Assembly (NCBI GenBank): GCA_016125085.1 | Contig: WGMM01000029.1 | Coordinates: forward strand, 16,745-80,744 | DNA length: 64,000 nt | From: a bacterium | Lineage (GTDB): Bacteria; Planctomycetota; Planctomycetia; Isosphaerales; Isosphaeraceae | Reading direction: 5' to 3' | Shown here: positions 23,972-33,891 of the stretch, piece by piece | Position numbering within the stretch: the first letter of the stretch is position 1 | Layout: every line of letters starts with the position of its first letter | Position numbers and translations under genes: made by a program | Notes under the pieces: generated by a model | What the model was told of the DNA's origin: nothing | The model's input: the letters and a program-made list of their open reading frames with translations, nothing else | The model's database searches: none

Positions 23972-25222
23972 TCAGCCAATACGCTCCATGGCCAGCCGTG
24001 CCTGGGCCTCGTCACGCTCGGCGTAAATCTCGGTCGTCGCGAGCGTTGAGTGGCCCAGGACCGCCCGTGCGACTTCGATCCCGAACTCGCGACGCAGGTT
24101 GGTCGCGGCCAGGTGGCGAAGCTGGTTCGCGTTCCAAGGCGAGACACCGGCTTTTTTGGCGGCATAGTGTATGGCCCGGTTATAGGCCTTGGCATCGTAA
24201 CACTTGCCTGGGTTTCGCTTTGGTGCTGTTTTTCGCCGGTCGATCTGCTATGGCTGAACTTTCGTTTTCCGTTCCGCCCGCATCCTCTGATTGCGAATAC
24301 GATCCGAGAGTTCCGGACTGAAGACAAAGGCCTCCGGGACGTCAGGCCGCAACCAAGGATTCAGGATATCCTGAGCCGCCGGTCCGAAGTAAACGACTCG
24401 GGATCGACCCATGTGCTGGGTTTTGTGCGACTGTGGTAGATTGGCCCAAACCGATTCCGACATGTCCAGGTCGGCCGTGCGCAAACGGCAAACCTCGCCT
24501 GGTCGAAGGCCCGCGAGTCTCTGAAGATCGACCATCGCCATGATCACCGGTGATGCGTGCGGGCGGATCGCTTCGATGGACGCCTCGGAGACGGCAGTGA
24601 CTTTACGAGGCTCACGGGCTTCGCTACGGCCCGCACGTAAACCGGGAATGGCTTTCAAGGCCATCAGGGTCTCAGGACGAACCAGCGATTCCGTCACACC
24701 CCAGCGGAACATACGTGTGATACGAGCAACCTGCTTGTTGATCGTCGTACGTGCCCAGCCCATGCGGATGAACTCGGCACGCAACGTCTTCAACTCGGCC
24801 GGACCGAAGTCGTCGACGCAGATCGAGCCGTAATATTTTCGCAGAAGCTTCAGAATGTACCTGATGCCATCGACTTCGGAGGTGGGCTGTCCGTCTTTGA
24901 CGTAGTAGCCAACGGCGTAGTCGTGATAGCGAACAGCCAGTTCGGTGATGCGAACTGTGCCATCGCTCAGATTATCAGCCAATGTGCGAGTGGCTGCTGC
25001 GGTTCGGCGGGGTTTCGGCGTTTTGCGGCCGTCGTTGAGCCACTGAGCGAGAATTCGTTCGTAAGCCTCTTTTGATTCTTGGCTTCCGTGCGCACCCAGG
25101 TGGATCTCGCGACCGTTCAGGATGACCCTGGCATATTTGCGCTTGTGGCGCAGGTATCTCGGCACTCTCATGATGTTTCCCAAGCCTCTGGAACTTGGGG
25201 ATTCCCCAACTTTCCGAGCCAT
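23972..25222 (-). pseudogene. tyrosine recombinase / phage-type integrase interrupted by an in-frame TAG at 24250..24248
   Basis: The track ORF 24248..25222 ends ...RMRAERKTKVQP*. The same frame continues QIDRRKTAPKRNPGKCYDAKAYNRAIHYAAKKAGVSPWNANQLRHLAATNLRREFGIEVARAVLGHSTLATTEIYAERDEAQARLAMERIG*. That continuation carries the catalytic RH, LGH and Tyr boxes. TGA is at 23974..23972. The gene starts 66 nt from the tRNA-Ala 3' end. Confidence 0.75.
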
Positions 25223-25288
25223 TCCGATGGCTATCGCCTCGTGTCTGGCTCCGATGTAAGTTATGAAATCTTAACGCTTTCCAGAGAG

Positions 25289-25361
25289 TGGAGACGATCG
25301 GGATCGAACCGACAACCCCCTGCTTGCAAAGCAGGTGCTCTCCCAATTGAGCTACGTCCCC
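25289..25361 (-). tRNA. tRNA-Ala (anticodon TGC)
   Basis: The minus-strand sequence is GGGGACGTAGCTCAATTGGGAGAGCACCTGCTTTGCAAGCAGGGGGTTGTCGGTTCGATCCCGATCGTCTCCA. It folds as a cloverleaf with 7/4/5/5-bp stems. It has the G3:U70 Ala identity pair, anticodon loop TT-TGC-AA and T-loop TTCGATC. No CCA is encoded. Confidence 0.95.
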
Positions 25362-25374
25362 TTGTGTAAGCAAG

Positions 25375-25403
25375 AATATAGTCGATCCTTCCGGGTTTGA
25401 CAA
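25375..25403 (-). promoter_or_regulatory. sigma70-like promoter for tRNA-Ala
   Basis: On the minus strand the sequence reads TTGTCA-17 nt-TATATT, ending 14 nt upstream of the tRNA 5' end. Confidence 0.45.
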
Positions 25404-25652
25404 TGTCATTTCGTCCTGGCGAGCGGTTAATGTCTCTTTGTCGCGGGCTTAAGGCTTTCTCGAATTGGGTCTTGCGTGATTCGATGAGGTGCATTCGTTT
25501 GTGTCTTGCGAGCGGGTGAGCGTCCGCCGAAATGTCTTTACGATCGTTTGCTTCTTTTCGATGTCGTATGATAGCATCTCGATGCGATCGTCAGGGACGT
25601 TCCAGTCTCAGGGTCAATGGTCTGACGCCATATTCCGGATGAGATTCGCCGC

Positions 25653-26393
25653 ATGAGTTCGCTCGAAGAGTTGGACATCGTCGCAGTCGGTGCACACCCT
25701 GACGATGTGGAAATCGCGTGTGGCGGCACTTTGGCGCATCTGGCCAGGAAGGGATATCGTGTCGGGATCGTCGACCTGACCGATGGCGAACCGACTCCGC
25801 TTTCGCCCGGTCCGGACGTCCGGATGGAAGAGGCCGCACGTGCGGCGGAGGAGCTTGGTGTCGCCGTCAGGCTCAACCTGAATCTCCCGAATCGCCGTCT
25901 TTTCGACTGCTTCGAGCACCGGCTCGCTCTGGCGAAGGTGTTTCGCAAGTATCGTCCGAAGGTTGTCGTCGGGTTCGGCGGCCGTACGGTCATGGCATCG
26001 CCTGACCATTACCAGGCGATGCTCATTACGGATGCCGCCGTGTTCTACAGCAGGCTCACCAAGTGGGACGAGCACTTCGACGGCCTCCAGCCCCACACGA
26101 TCAGCAATCAGCTGAGCTTCCCGATCGCTCTGCACAGTCTCGATCTGCCGGAATCTTCGGGATATCTCGTTTCGGACATCGGCGACTGCCTCGAAGCGAA
26201 GCTCCGGTCGATCGCGTGTTACCGCACCCAGTTCCCGGCAGGTCGCAAGCGGGTCTTCGCAGTCGTGGAGGCGATGAACAGATACCACGGCCAGATCGCG
26301 GGATTCGAAGCCGGCGAGATCTTCCTGACGTACAGGGCGATCGGGACCGACGATCTCATGCGCTGGGCGGCACCTGCTTTCGCCCGCGGTTGA
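25653..26393 (+). CDS. PIG-L/LmbE family deacetylase (BshB-like)
   Basis: The N-terminus VAVGAHPDDVEIACGGTLAHLARKGYRVGIVDLTDGE carries the AHPDD.E metal-binding motif. Confidence 0.85.
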   Translation: MSSLEELDIVAVGAHPDDVEIACGGTLAHLARKGYRVGIVDLTDGEPTPLSPGPDVRMEEAARAAEELGVAVRLNLNLPNRRLFDCFEHRLALAKVFRKYRPKVVVGFGGRTVMASPDHYQAMLITDAAVFYSRLTKWDEHFDGLQPHTISNQLSFPIALHSLDLPESSGYLVSDIGDCLEAKLRSIACYRTQFPAGRKRVFAVVEAMNRYHGQIAGFEAGEIFLTYRAIGTDDLMRWAAPAFARG

Positions 26394-26483
26394 ATTCCTG
26401 ATCCGGTTTCGCAGCTAAAGGTCGTCAAGCGATGAGCATTCATCTTGTTGCCGGGGATCGAGAGGAATATCATAAGAGAATGA

Positions 26484-27482
26484 GTGCTGCATCGAATCCT
26501 CGGTCCACAGCGGTATTTGCCCAGACGAAGCAAGAAAGTTGACTTTTCGATGTTCGATCGCCTATGGCGCAGATTACGAGGATCTGAAGCTGGCAGAAAG
26601 TCAGGCGACGCACCGGTACGTAATGAAGACAACTTGTCCGAGGACGCGGATTCGGTCATGTCCGATCTGACTCTCGGAGTCATCGGCGTCGGTTCGGTTT
26701 CGATCTGCGGCAACCATCGCGAACATAACGAAGATAATCTATACGTTTCGGACATACTCGACCGGCTCCCGCTTTATATCGTCGCTGACGGCATGGGCGG
26801 CCAGCTCGGCGGCGAATATGCGAGCCGCATGGCTGTCGAAATCATCCCTCGCGAAATTCGCAAGCGTCAGGTCGGCGAATTCCGGTCCTCGCAGATCCGC
26901 AATGCCATCAGCGAAGCGATCAGCCAGGCGAATCACGAGATTCTCGCCTCATCGCACATCCAGCCGCAGCTCAGCAACATGGGCACCACGGTGGTGCAGC
27001 TGATCGTCCGCCGGGGCCGAGCGTTCGTAGCCGGAATCGGCGATTCCCGCTGTTACCGCTACCGCGCCCGCAGGATGGACGTCCTCACCCGCGATCACTC
27101 CATGGCCCAGGCTCTGGCCGAGGTCGGCACGATCCGGCAGGAAGACGTTCCTTCCCATCGGTACAATCACGTTCTCTATCTTTACCTTGGCAGTCGGGAA
27201 GTCGATCGCGGGGCGACCGAAGTGAAAGTCCTCACCCTGCTGCATGGCGACCGTTTTCTGCTTTGCTCCGACGGTCTCTCCGGCGTCGTCTCCGAAAAGG
27301 AAATGGCCGAAATCCTTTCGTCCGAACCCAACGCGCAGAAGGCCGCCGAACGGCTCGTCGAGCTCGCCCAGACCAACCGCTCACGCGACAATATCACCTG
27401 CGTGATCGTCGATATCGGCCACGTAGGCGACTCGCAAACGAAGCTCGACTCTCCGCCGGTGCCACCACTCGCCGGGGGCTGA
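26484..27482 (+). CDS. PP2C-family Ser/Thr protein phosphatase
   Basis: Motifs present: HREHNEDN, VADGMGG, GTTVV, GDSRCY, LCSDGL, SRDNITCVIV. The true start may be a later ATG (26550 or about 26658). Confidence 0.85.
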   Translation: MLHRILGPQRYLPRRSKKVDFSMFDRLWRRLRGSEAGRKSGDAPVRNEDNLSEDADSVMSDLTLGVIGVGSVSICGNHREHNEDNLYVSDILDRLPLYIVADGMGGQLGGEYASRMAVEIIPREIRKRQVGEFRSSQIRNAISEAISQANHEILASSHIQPQLSNMGTTVVQLIVRRGRAFVAGIGDSRCYRYRARRMDVLTRDHSMAQALAEVGTIRQEDVPSHRYNHVLYLYLGSREVDRGATEVKVLTLLHGDRFLLCSDGLSGVVSEKEMAEILSSEPNAQKAAERLVELAQTNRSRDNITCVIVDIGHVGDSQTKLDSPPVPPLAGG

Positions 27483-27538
27483 TGCCGGCCTGGTAACTCT
27501 CCGAACTCTATCTTTCGCGTGCGAATCAGGGCCAGTTC

Positions 27539-29008
27539 ATGCTCGAGCCGCCGCAAAGCACCGCACGGACATGGCTCGACTGGCTCGCCCTGGACGGCTG
27601 GCTCGACGAAAACGCCCTGACCCTCGCCCGCGAATGCCTCGACAAATCGGCCGACCCGGTCGAAATGGCTTCGATGCTCGTGCAGGAAGGGCTCGTGACG
27701 CCGTTTCAGGCCAGGAACCTGATCGCCGGTTCGGCCCCCAGGCTCGATTGCGGCCGATATCGCATCCGCAAGCGGCTCGGCAAGGGCGGCATGGGTGAGG
27801 TGTTCGCCGCCGAACCGCGGGACCGCCGCGATATCCCCGTCGCCATCAAGATTCTCCAGATCGACGAATCGATGCCGCCCGAGGACCGCAAGCGGCTCGA
27901 ATCCCGCTTCCTGCGCGAAATGCGGGCCGGCCGCGACGTCACCCACCCGAACGTCACCCGCACCGTCGACTTCGGCCGCGACGCCGACCGCTTCTTCCTC
28001 GTCATGCCCAGGCTCAAGGGCCCCAGCCTCGCCGCCCTGATCGAGGCCAAAAACCGCCGGCCCGAACTCAAGACGATCGTGCGCATGGCCGCTCAGATCG
28101 TCTCAGGGCTCGAAGCGATCCATCAGGCCGGTCTCGTGCACCGCGACCTCAAGCCCTCGAACATCCTTTACGACGGCCACAAGAACTGGAAGATCCTCGA
28201 CCTGGGCCTGGCCAAGGCCCTCGGCGATCGCTTGAGCCTCACCCGTCCGGGCGTGATTCTCGGCACGCTCGACTACGCCGCCCCCGAACAGCTCAAGGAT
28301 GCGACGAATGTCGGATCTCCAGCCGATTTTTACGCCCTCGGCTGTATCCTTTACCACGCGTTCAGCGGCGAGGTGCCCTTCGATGGCGGCGACGCCGTCA
28401 GCAAGATCTATCGGCATCGCATGACACCGCCCGAGCCGCTGCTGACTCATCGGCCTGATCTGCCCGAACCGCTGGCACATCTGGTCGACAGCCTGCTCCG
28501 CAAGGAACCGGCCGAACGCCCCGCCGCCGCGACCGTGCGTTTCGTTCTGGAGGAATTGCTTCAGGGCCGCGCTCCGGCTGTCGATTTTTCGAGCGGGGCG
28601 AAGGGCCAGTCTTCCCAGCCGCAAAACCTTGCCCAATCGCCCGCACCTGCCGCCGCCGGTTCCGCGACGTTCGCGGACGAAGCCGACTCCAGTGGCGAAT
28701 CGTTCCCTGACGGTTTGCCTGAGGATGAAGGCGGCAATCAGCCCTGGATGGCCGAATCCGTTTCGAATTTCTCGATCGCGCTGGATGAACTCGATATCGA
28801 AGAGATGGACACGGCGGAAGCTGAAGGACAGCGTCGAAGCCGGGATTCACGGCTGGTCGTGCCGCAGAAATCCAAACCCCGGCCTGTGCTCAAGCGATCG
28901 CCCGAATTGCAATGGGCATTGCAGGCGGCTCTGATTCTGCTTCTTTCGGCGAGTTTCTTGTGGTTCGTGGTTTCGTTGCGTGCTTTATGGCGGCATTTGG
29001 CAGGTTGA
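27539..29008 (+). CDS. Ser/Thr protein kinase with C-terminal transmembrane anchor
   Basis: Motifs present: GKGGMGEVFAA, VAIKIL, HRDLKPSNIL, DLGLAKA, APEQ. The C-terminal TM segment is ALILLLSASFLWFVVSL. Confidence 0.9.
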   Translation: MLEPPQSTARTWLDWLALDGWLDENALTLARECLDKSADPVEMASMLVQEGLVTPFQARNLIAGSAPRLDCGRYRIRKRLGKGGMGEVFAAEPRDRRDIPVAIKILQIDESMPPEDRKRLESRFLREMRAGRDVTHPNVTRTVDFGRDADRFFLVMPRLKGPSLAALIEAKNRRPELKTIVRMAAQIVSGLEAIHQAGLVHRDLKPSNILYDGHKNWKILDLGLAKALGDRLSLTRPGVILGTLDYAAPEQLKDATNVGSPADFYALGCILYHAFSGEVPFDGGDAVSKIYRHRMTPPEPLLTHRPDLPEPLAHLVDSLLRKEPAERPAAATVRFVLEELLQGRAPAVDFSSGAKGQSSQPQNLAQSPAPAAAGSATFADEADSSGESFPDGLPEDEGGNQPWMAESVSNFSIALDELDIEEMDTAEAEGQRRSRDSRLVVPQKSKPRPVLKRSPELQWALQAALILLLSASFLWFVVSLRALWRHLAG

Positions 29009-29064
29009 GTGCGTCGTTCGCCTGAAATCCCGATTCCGAACCCCTTTCGACGCACCCTGTACCT

Positions 29065-32000
29065 GTGCATGCGTTCTCGCATACAATGGTCTTGTCCGTA
29101 AGTGTCCGAACCTCAGCGCCGATCGGAGCGAACCAGCCAGTGGCCAGGCGCCGAACCGCCAGCGAATCGCTATCGCCCCCCCTGCTCCCCGATGCCGTGT
29201 CGGGGCTCGGTCACTTTCTGCCTGTCGTGGCCGACTGGTTCCGTCAGTCGCTGGGCACCCCGACCGACGCCCAGGTTCAGGGCTGGAACGCCATCCGTGC
29301 CGGGCATCATTCGCTTATCGTCGCCCCCACGGGATCGGGCAAAACTCTCGCGGCCTTCCTGGCCGGGCTGGATCATCTCTGGCGCAGCTCCGAACGCCCG
29401 AAAGGCGTGCGAATTCTTTATCTTTCGCCGCTGAAAGCCCTTAGTCAGGACATCCGCCTGAACCTGGAAAAACCCCTCGCCGGCGTCTCGGCACTGGCGA
29501 AAACCCGGGGGATCTCGCTGCCTGAATTACGCATTTCGGTGCGAACCGGCGACACGCCCACGGCCGAGCGCCAGGCGCAGGCACGCAAGCCGCCGGACGT
29601 ATTCATCACCACGCCTGAATCGTTGCATTTGATTCTCGGCAGTTCCGCCCGCGCGATGCTCAAGCCCGTTCGTTGGGTAATCGTCGACGAATTGCATTCC
29701 CTGGCCGGTCAGAAACGGGGCACGTTTCTTTCGATCCTGCTGGAACGGCTGGAGGAAGAAATCGGGGCCGAGCCGCAGCGCATCGGGCTGACGGCCACCG
29801 TGAACCCCCTCGAAAGCGCCGCCCGATTCCTGGGCGGGCATCGCTGGGTCGAACCGGCCGGCAAAGGGAAGAAGGGACATTTCGAGCCTCGCCCGGTCTC
29901 GATCGTCCGCTCTGTCGCCCCCAAGACTTGGGACCTGCTCGTCCAGCGTGCGGCCGTCGACGACGATCCCGACGCCCCGCGTTCCATCTGGCCCCGGCTC
30001 GAAAAGGATCTGCACGCTCTCGTTCAGGAACACCAGTCGACCCTGATCTTCGCCAACGACCGCTTCAGCGTCGAACGCCTCACAGCCCGGATCAACGCCC
30101 TGGCGGGAGAAGAACAGGAAATTCCGAATCTTCCCGAAACCGATAATACGATCGATTCGAAGGCTGAAAATGCGATCGAAACTGCCGGCGATTCGAAATC
30201 CGAATCCGAAGATCCTTCCGATAGCATCGAAGCCGCCGATCATGCGAATTTATCGGATCTCGAAGCGGACTCCGCCGCATGTGTGCAGGCGCATCACGGT
30301 TCGATCGCGCTGGATCGCCGCCGCCGGATCGAAACCGATCTGAAAGAGGGTCGGCTCAAGGGCGTCATCTGCACGGCTTCGCTCGAAATGGGCATCGACA
30401 TGGGGGCTGTCGACCTCGTCTGCCAGGTCGGGTCTCCGGGTGAAGTCGCGCGCGGGTTGCAGCGTGTGGGCCGTGCCGGTCACGGGGTTGGCCAGGTGAG
30501 CAAGGGCCGATTCTTCGCCAAAACCACGCCCGACTTGCTGGAAACCGCAGCGCTCGTGCACGCGATGTCGCGCGGCGATGTCGAACCGCTGGCCATCCCC
30601 CGCAATTGCCTGGATATCCTTGCCCAGCAAGTGATCGCCTGCGTGGCCGTGCGGCCCTGGAAGCCGAAAGACCTGCTGCGGCTGTTCCGCCGTTGCGAGC
30701 CCTATCACGGGCTTTCGGACAAAGCCTTCGAATCGGTGCTGGAAATGGTCGCCGGGCGGTTTCGGGTCGAGGCGGTGCGCGACCTCAAGGCCCGGATCTT
30801 CTGGGATCGTGTTCGCGACGAACTGATGCCGCTGCCCGGCACCGCATCGCTCGCGATGACCGGGGGAGGAGCGATCACCGACACCGGCCAATATCCTGTG
30901 AAGCTCGGCGAAGACGGCCCGACGCTCGGTACGCTCGACGAAGAGTTCGTGCTGGAACGCCGCAACGGCGAAGCCTTTCGCCTGGGCAGCTCCACCTGGC
31001 GAATCGACCGGATCGACCCGGACAATGTCGTCGTCTCGCCTTCGAATCAGGGCGAACTGGCCGTGATGCCCTTCTGGCGCGGTGAAACGGCCCGACGTTC
31101 GGCCACGCTGGGCCGATCGATCGGCCAGCTTGTGCGCGCTATCGCCGAGCGTGCGGACGAAGAATCGGCAATGCGTTTGCTCACCGACGATTGCCGGCTC
31201 GACACCGCTGCTGCGCAAGACCTTCGGCGCATGATCGACCGCCAGGTCCGCCTGTCCGGTGCCGCGCCCGATGACCGGACGATTCTGGTCGAAGCCTTTC
31301 GCGACCCCGCCGGCGAGGTCGCCCTTGCCATCATGAGCCCCTGGGGCGGTCGGCTGCATCAGGCCCTGAAGCTCATATTGCAAAGCCGGATCGAAGAACG
31401 TGTGGGCATCAGGCCCGCGGCCCAGCACGCGAACGACGGCCTGATCATGCGACTGCCACGTGACCTGGAGGACCAGCCGCCGCTGGACATTCTGGACGGT
31501 CTGACATTCGACGAAGCCGAACGGCGGCTGCAGGCCGAACTTGCCGACAGTGCCCTGTTCGGCCTGCGATTCCGCCAGAATGCCTCACGGGCCCTGCTCT
31601 TGCCCAGGCCTGATCCGGGCCGGCGCACACCGTTGTGGCTGCAAAGGCTGCGTTCGAAGGACCTGCTGGGAATCGTGCGGCAGATGCCCGATTTTCCGAT
31701 CGTGGCCGAGACGGCGCGCGAATGTCTGTCGCAGGATCTCGATCTCGACCTTTTACGTTCGGTACTCGATGGCATCGTCTCAGGCGAATTTCGGGTCGTG
31801 AAACATGTCGGAGAAGCCGCGGGCCCGTTCGCGGCCGATCTTATGAACCGGTTCGAACGCAAATTTCTTTATGAATGGGACGACCCCCACCCCGGCGGCA
31901 GTCGGTCAGCTTCGCGACCTGCCGATCGTTCGCAAGGTCCGCTGCTGGATGAGCTTCTGGAACCGGCCGTGGTGGAACGGCTGGGGCGGAAGCTTGCCGA

Positions 32001-33891
32001 ATCGATCCACCGTCCGGCCCGGTCGGCCGAAGAACTGGCGGAACGCCTCAGCCGCCTGGGCGATCTGGCCGCTGGCGAAGTTTGCGACGAGAATCTCGTT
32101 TGGCTGCGCGACCTCGAATCGCGTGAGCTTTGCAGGTATTTGCCTGTTCGCGGCGATCATGGCTTGTGGATTCCGGGCGAAGAATTCGGCACTTATGCAA
32201 TTGCATTTCCGTCGCTCGGGATCGCGCCTGGCGGCGGATTTCGTGCCGGTGTGGCGGATGCCGCGCGCTGGCAGGCGATCGACGCGATTCTTGGCCGGTT
32301 CGTCAAATCCAGGGCCCTGATCGCATTGGCCGAAATCACTGACCGATACCCAATTGAGCCGACGCTGGCGGCCGAATGGCTGGGCCGGCTGACCGATTCA
32401 GGCGGCTTCGCCCGCGTTCGCAAGCTGGGCGAAGAAAACGGTGAAATGGTCTGGGCCGAGACGGACCGCCTGCGCAGCATGATCGGCCAGAGCCTGGTGC
32501 AGCGGCGGCAGGAGGTGCGGGCGATCGCGCCGGATGCCTGGGCCGCCTGGGTGGTGGAGACTGCGTTCGCCGAGAACCCGGGTCAGGCAGAATTATCTTC
32601 GCCGATGCACGAACTCGAAAGCGTGCTTATGCCGCTGCAGGGCTGGGCGGCCACACCGAAGGAATGGCTGGAAGAGATCCTGCCCGCGCGGTGCTCGGCG
32701 CAGGCGATCGCCACCATCGACGACCTGCTGGCCGCGGGCGAATGGGCCTGGGCACCGATGCCGGGCGAGGACCGGACCGAGGCCCCGCGTATCGTGATCT
32801 ATCGCCGCGACTTGCCCCCGCTTTTCGGTCCGCCGGATCCCTCGACCGAAGAGGATAACGAATCGGCGTTCGCCATTCGAAATGCACTTTCGAATGATGG
32901 GCCGGCAACGGCCCAGCGGCTTGCCGAACGCACGGGGATGTCTTTGGCGGCTGTGAAAGCTGGGCTCAAACAGGCGGTATTGCGTGGCCTGGTCACCAAC
33001 GAACGCCTGCGGTTTCTGGACCGGTTCCTTTCGGTCGATCGAGACAGAACCGGTTCGGCGAAGTCCATTGAAGCGACATCGCGGGCTCGATCCGGCCGCA
33101 AGCTCAATAACTTTCGGGCTCTGCTCACGCAGCAGGGGGTCGGCGTGGGCGGAGCGTCATCTGGCCGACGGCCGGCATTGGCGGATTCGGTACCGGTGGA
33201 GGGCCGCTGGCGGTGCATGGATGCTGGTGCGGCATCCGGGCGAACCGCATCCGAAGATCCGCTGGCATTCGCTGTAGCGATTCTGATCCGCCGCTATGGC
33301 ATCGCATGTCGGGAAACGGCCAGGTTCGGCACCCCGGGCGTGCCCTGGCAGGAATTGCTCGCATGGATGGAGGCCGCCGAATGGCGCGGCGACCTGCGCC
33401 GGGGGTACTTCGTCGAAGGACTTGCGGGAATGCAGTTTACGACCGACGATGTGGCCCGCGATCTGACGCTCTTCGCCGAGGCTGCCGGTGCAGATGTGAC
33501 GGATCGAAGCCCGCGTTTCCGCTGGCTTTCGGCCGTCGATCCGGCGAATGTCTACGGCGCTTCGGCGCCGCTTGATTTGCCCCTGATCGAAGGGGGCAAG
33601 GCCCGTCTGCCACGAATGCCCGGCAACTCGATCGTCCTGGCCGACGGGGCCCCGGTCTGGATCGTGCAGGAACGGGGCAAGCGTCTCACGAGCCTGCCTC
33701 ACGCATCCGAAGCCCTTCTGAAACAAGGGCTTGCTTGCTTTCTGAAAATCTTCATGAAATCCACTCCCAAATGGACGGTGACGACGCTTGACGACGCCCC
33801 GGCCGCTACGACACGCTACGCGGACGCCCTGATCGATCAGGGCTTCTTCCGCGACGGTCTCTCGTTGACGATCTACCGCGGGCTGATTTGA
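29065..33891 (+). CDS. lhr: Lhr-family ATP-dependent DEAH-box helicase
   Basis: Motifs present: APTGSGKTLAAFL, VIVDELHSLAGQKRG, TATV, HHGSIA, QVGSPGEVARGLQRVGRAGH. A long Lhr-type C-terminal extension follows; the product is 1608 aa. The start is uncertain by a few codons. Confidence 0.9.
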   Translation: MHAFSHTMVLSVSVRTSAPIGANQPVARRRTASESLSPPLLPDAVSGLGHFLPVVADWFRQSLGTPTDAQVQGWNAIRAGHHSLIVAPTGSGKTLAAFLAGLDHLWRSSERPKGVRILYLSPLKALSQDIRLNLEKPLAGVSALAKTRGISLPELRISVRTGDTPTAERQAQARKPPDVFITTPESLHLILGSSARAMLKPVRWVIVDELHSLAGQKRGTFLSILLERLEEEIGAEPQRIGLTATVNPLESAARFLGGHRWVEPAGKGKKGHFEPRPVSIVRSVAPKTWDLLVQRAAVDDDPDAPRSIWPRLEKDLHALVQEHQSTLIFANDRFSVERLTARINALAGEEQEIPNLPETDNTIDSKAENAIETAGDSKSESEDPSDSIEAADHANLSDLEADSAACVQAHHGSIALDRRRRIETDLKEGRLKGVICTASLEMGIDMGAVDLVCQVGSPGEVARGLQRVGRAGHGVGQVSKGRFFAKTTPDLLETAALVHAMSRGDVEPLAIPRNCLDILAQQVIACVAVRPWKPKDLLRLFRRCEPYHGLSDKAFESVLEMVAGRFRVEAVRDLKARIFWDRVRDELMPLPGTASLAMTGGGAITDTGQYPVKLGEDGPTLGTLDEEFVLERRNGEAFRLGSSTWRIDRIDPDNVVVSPSNQGELAVMPFWRGETARRSATLGRSIGQLVRAIAERADEESAMRLLTDDCRLDTAAAQDLRRMIDRQVRLSGAAPDDRTILVEAFRDPAGEVALAIMSPWGGRLHQALKLILQSRIEERVGIRPAAQHANDGLIMRLPRDLEDQPPLDILDGLTFDEAERRLQAELADSALFGLRFRQNASRALLLPRPDPGRRTPLWLQRLRSKDLLGIVRQMPDFPIVAETARECLSQDLDLDLLRSVLDGIVSGEFRVVKHVGEAAGPFAADLMNRFERKFLYEWDDPHPGGSRSASRPADRSQGPLLDELLEPAVVERLGRKLAESIHRPARSAEELAERLSRLGDLAAGEVCDENLVWLRDLESRELCRYLPVRGDHGLWIPGEEFGTYAIAFPSLGIAPGGGFRAGVADAARWQAIDAILGRFVKSRALIALAEITDRYPIEPTLAAEWLGRLTDSGGFARVRKLGEENGEMVWAETDRLRSMIGQSLVQRRQEVRAIAPDAWAAWVVETAFAENPGQAELSSPMHELESVLMPLQGWAATPKEWLEEILPARCSAQAIATIDDLLAAGEWAWAPMPGEDRTEAPRIVIYRRDLPPLFGPPDPSTEEDNESAFAIRNALSNDGPATAQRLAERTGMSLAAVKAGLKQAVLRGLVTNERLRFLDRFLSVDRDRTGSAKSIEATSRARSGRKLNNFRALLTQQGVGVGGASSGRRPALADSVPVEGRWRCMDAGAASGRTASEDPLAFAVAILIRRYGIACRETARFGTPGVPWQELLAWMEAAEWRGDLRRGYFVEGLAGMQFTTDDVARDLTLFAEAAGADVTDRSPRFRWLSAVDPANVYGASAPLDLPLIEGGKARLPRMPGNSIVLADGAPVWIVQERGKRLTSLPHASEALLKQGLACFLKIFMKSTPKWTVTTLDDAPAATTRYADALIDQGFFRDGLSLTIYRGLI

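Noticed and set aside
23972-25222. The tyrosine recombinase as the integron integrase (IntI) of the cassette array.
   Set aside because: It lies downstream of and convergent with the cassettes, not upstream of the first one. It is tRNA-adjacent like island integrases. I see no IntI-type extra segment (ALER...W.W.WVF-like) between the catalytic boxes. This judgement comes from memory of IntI1 only.
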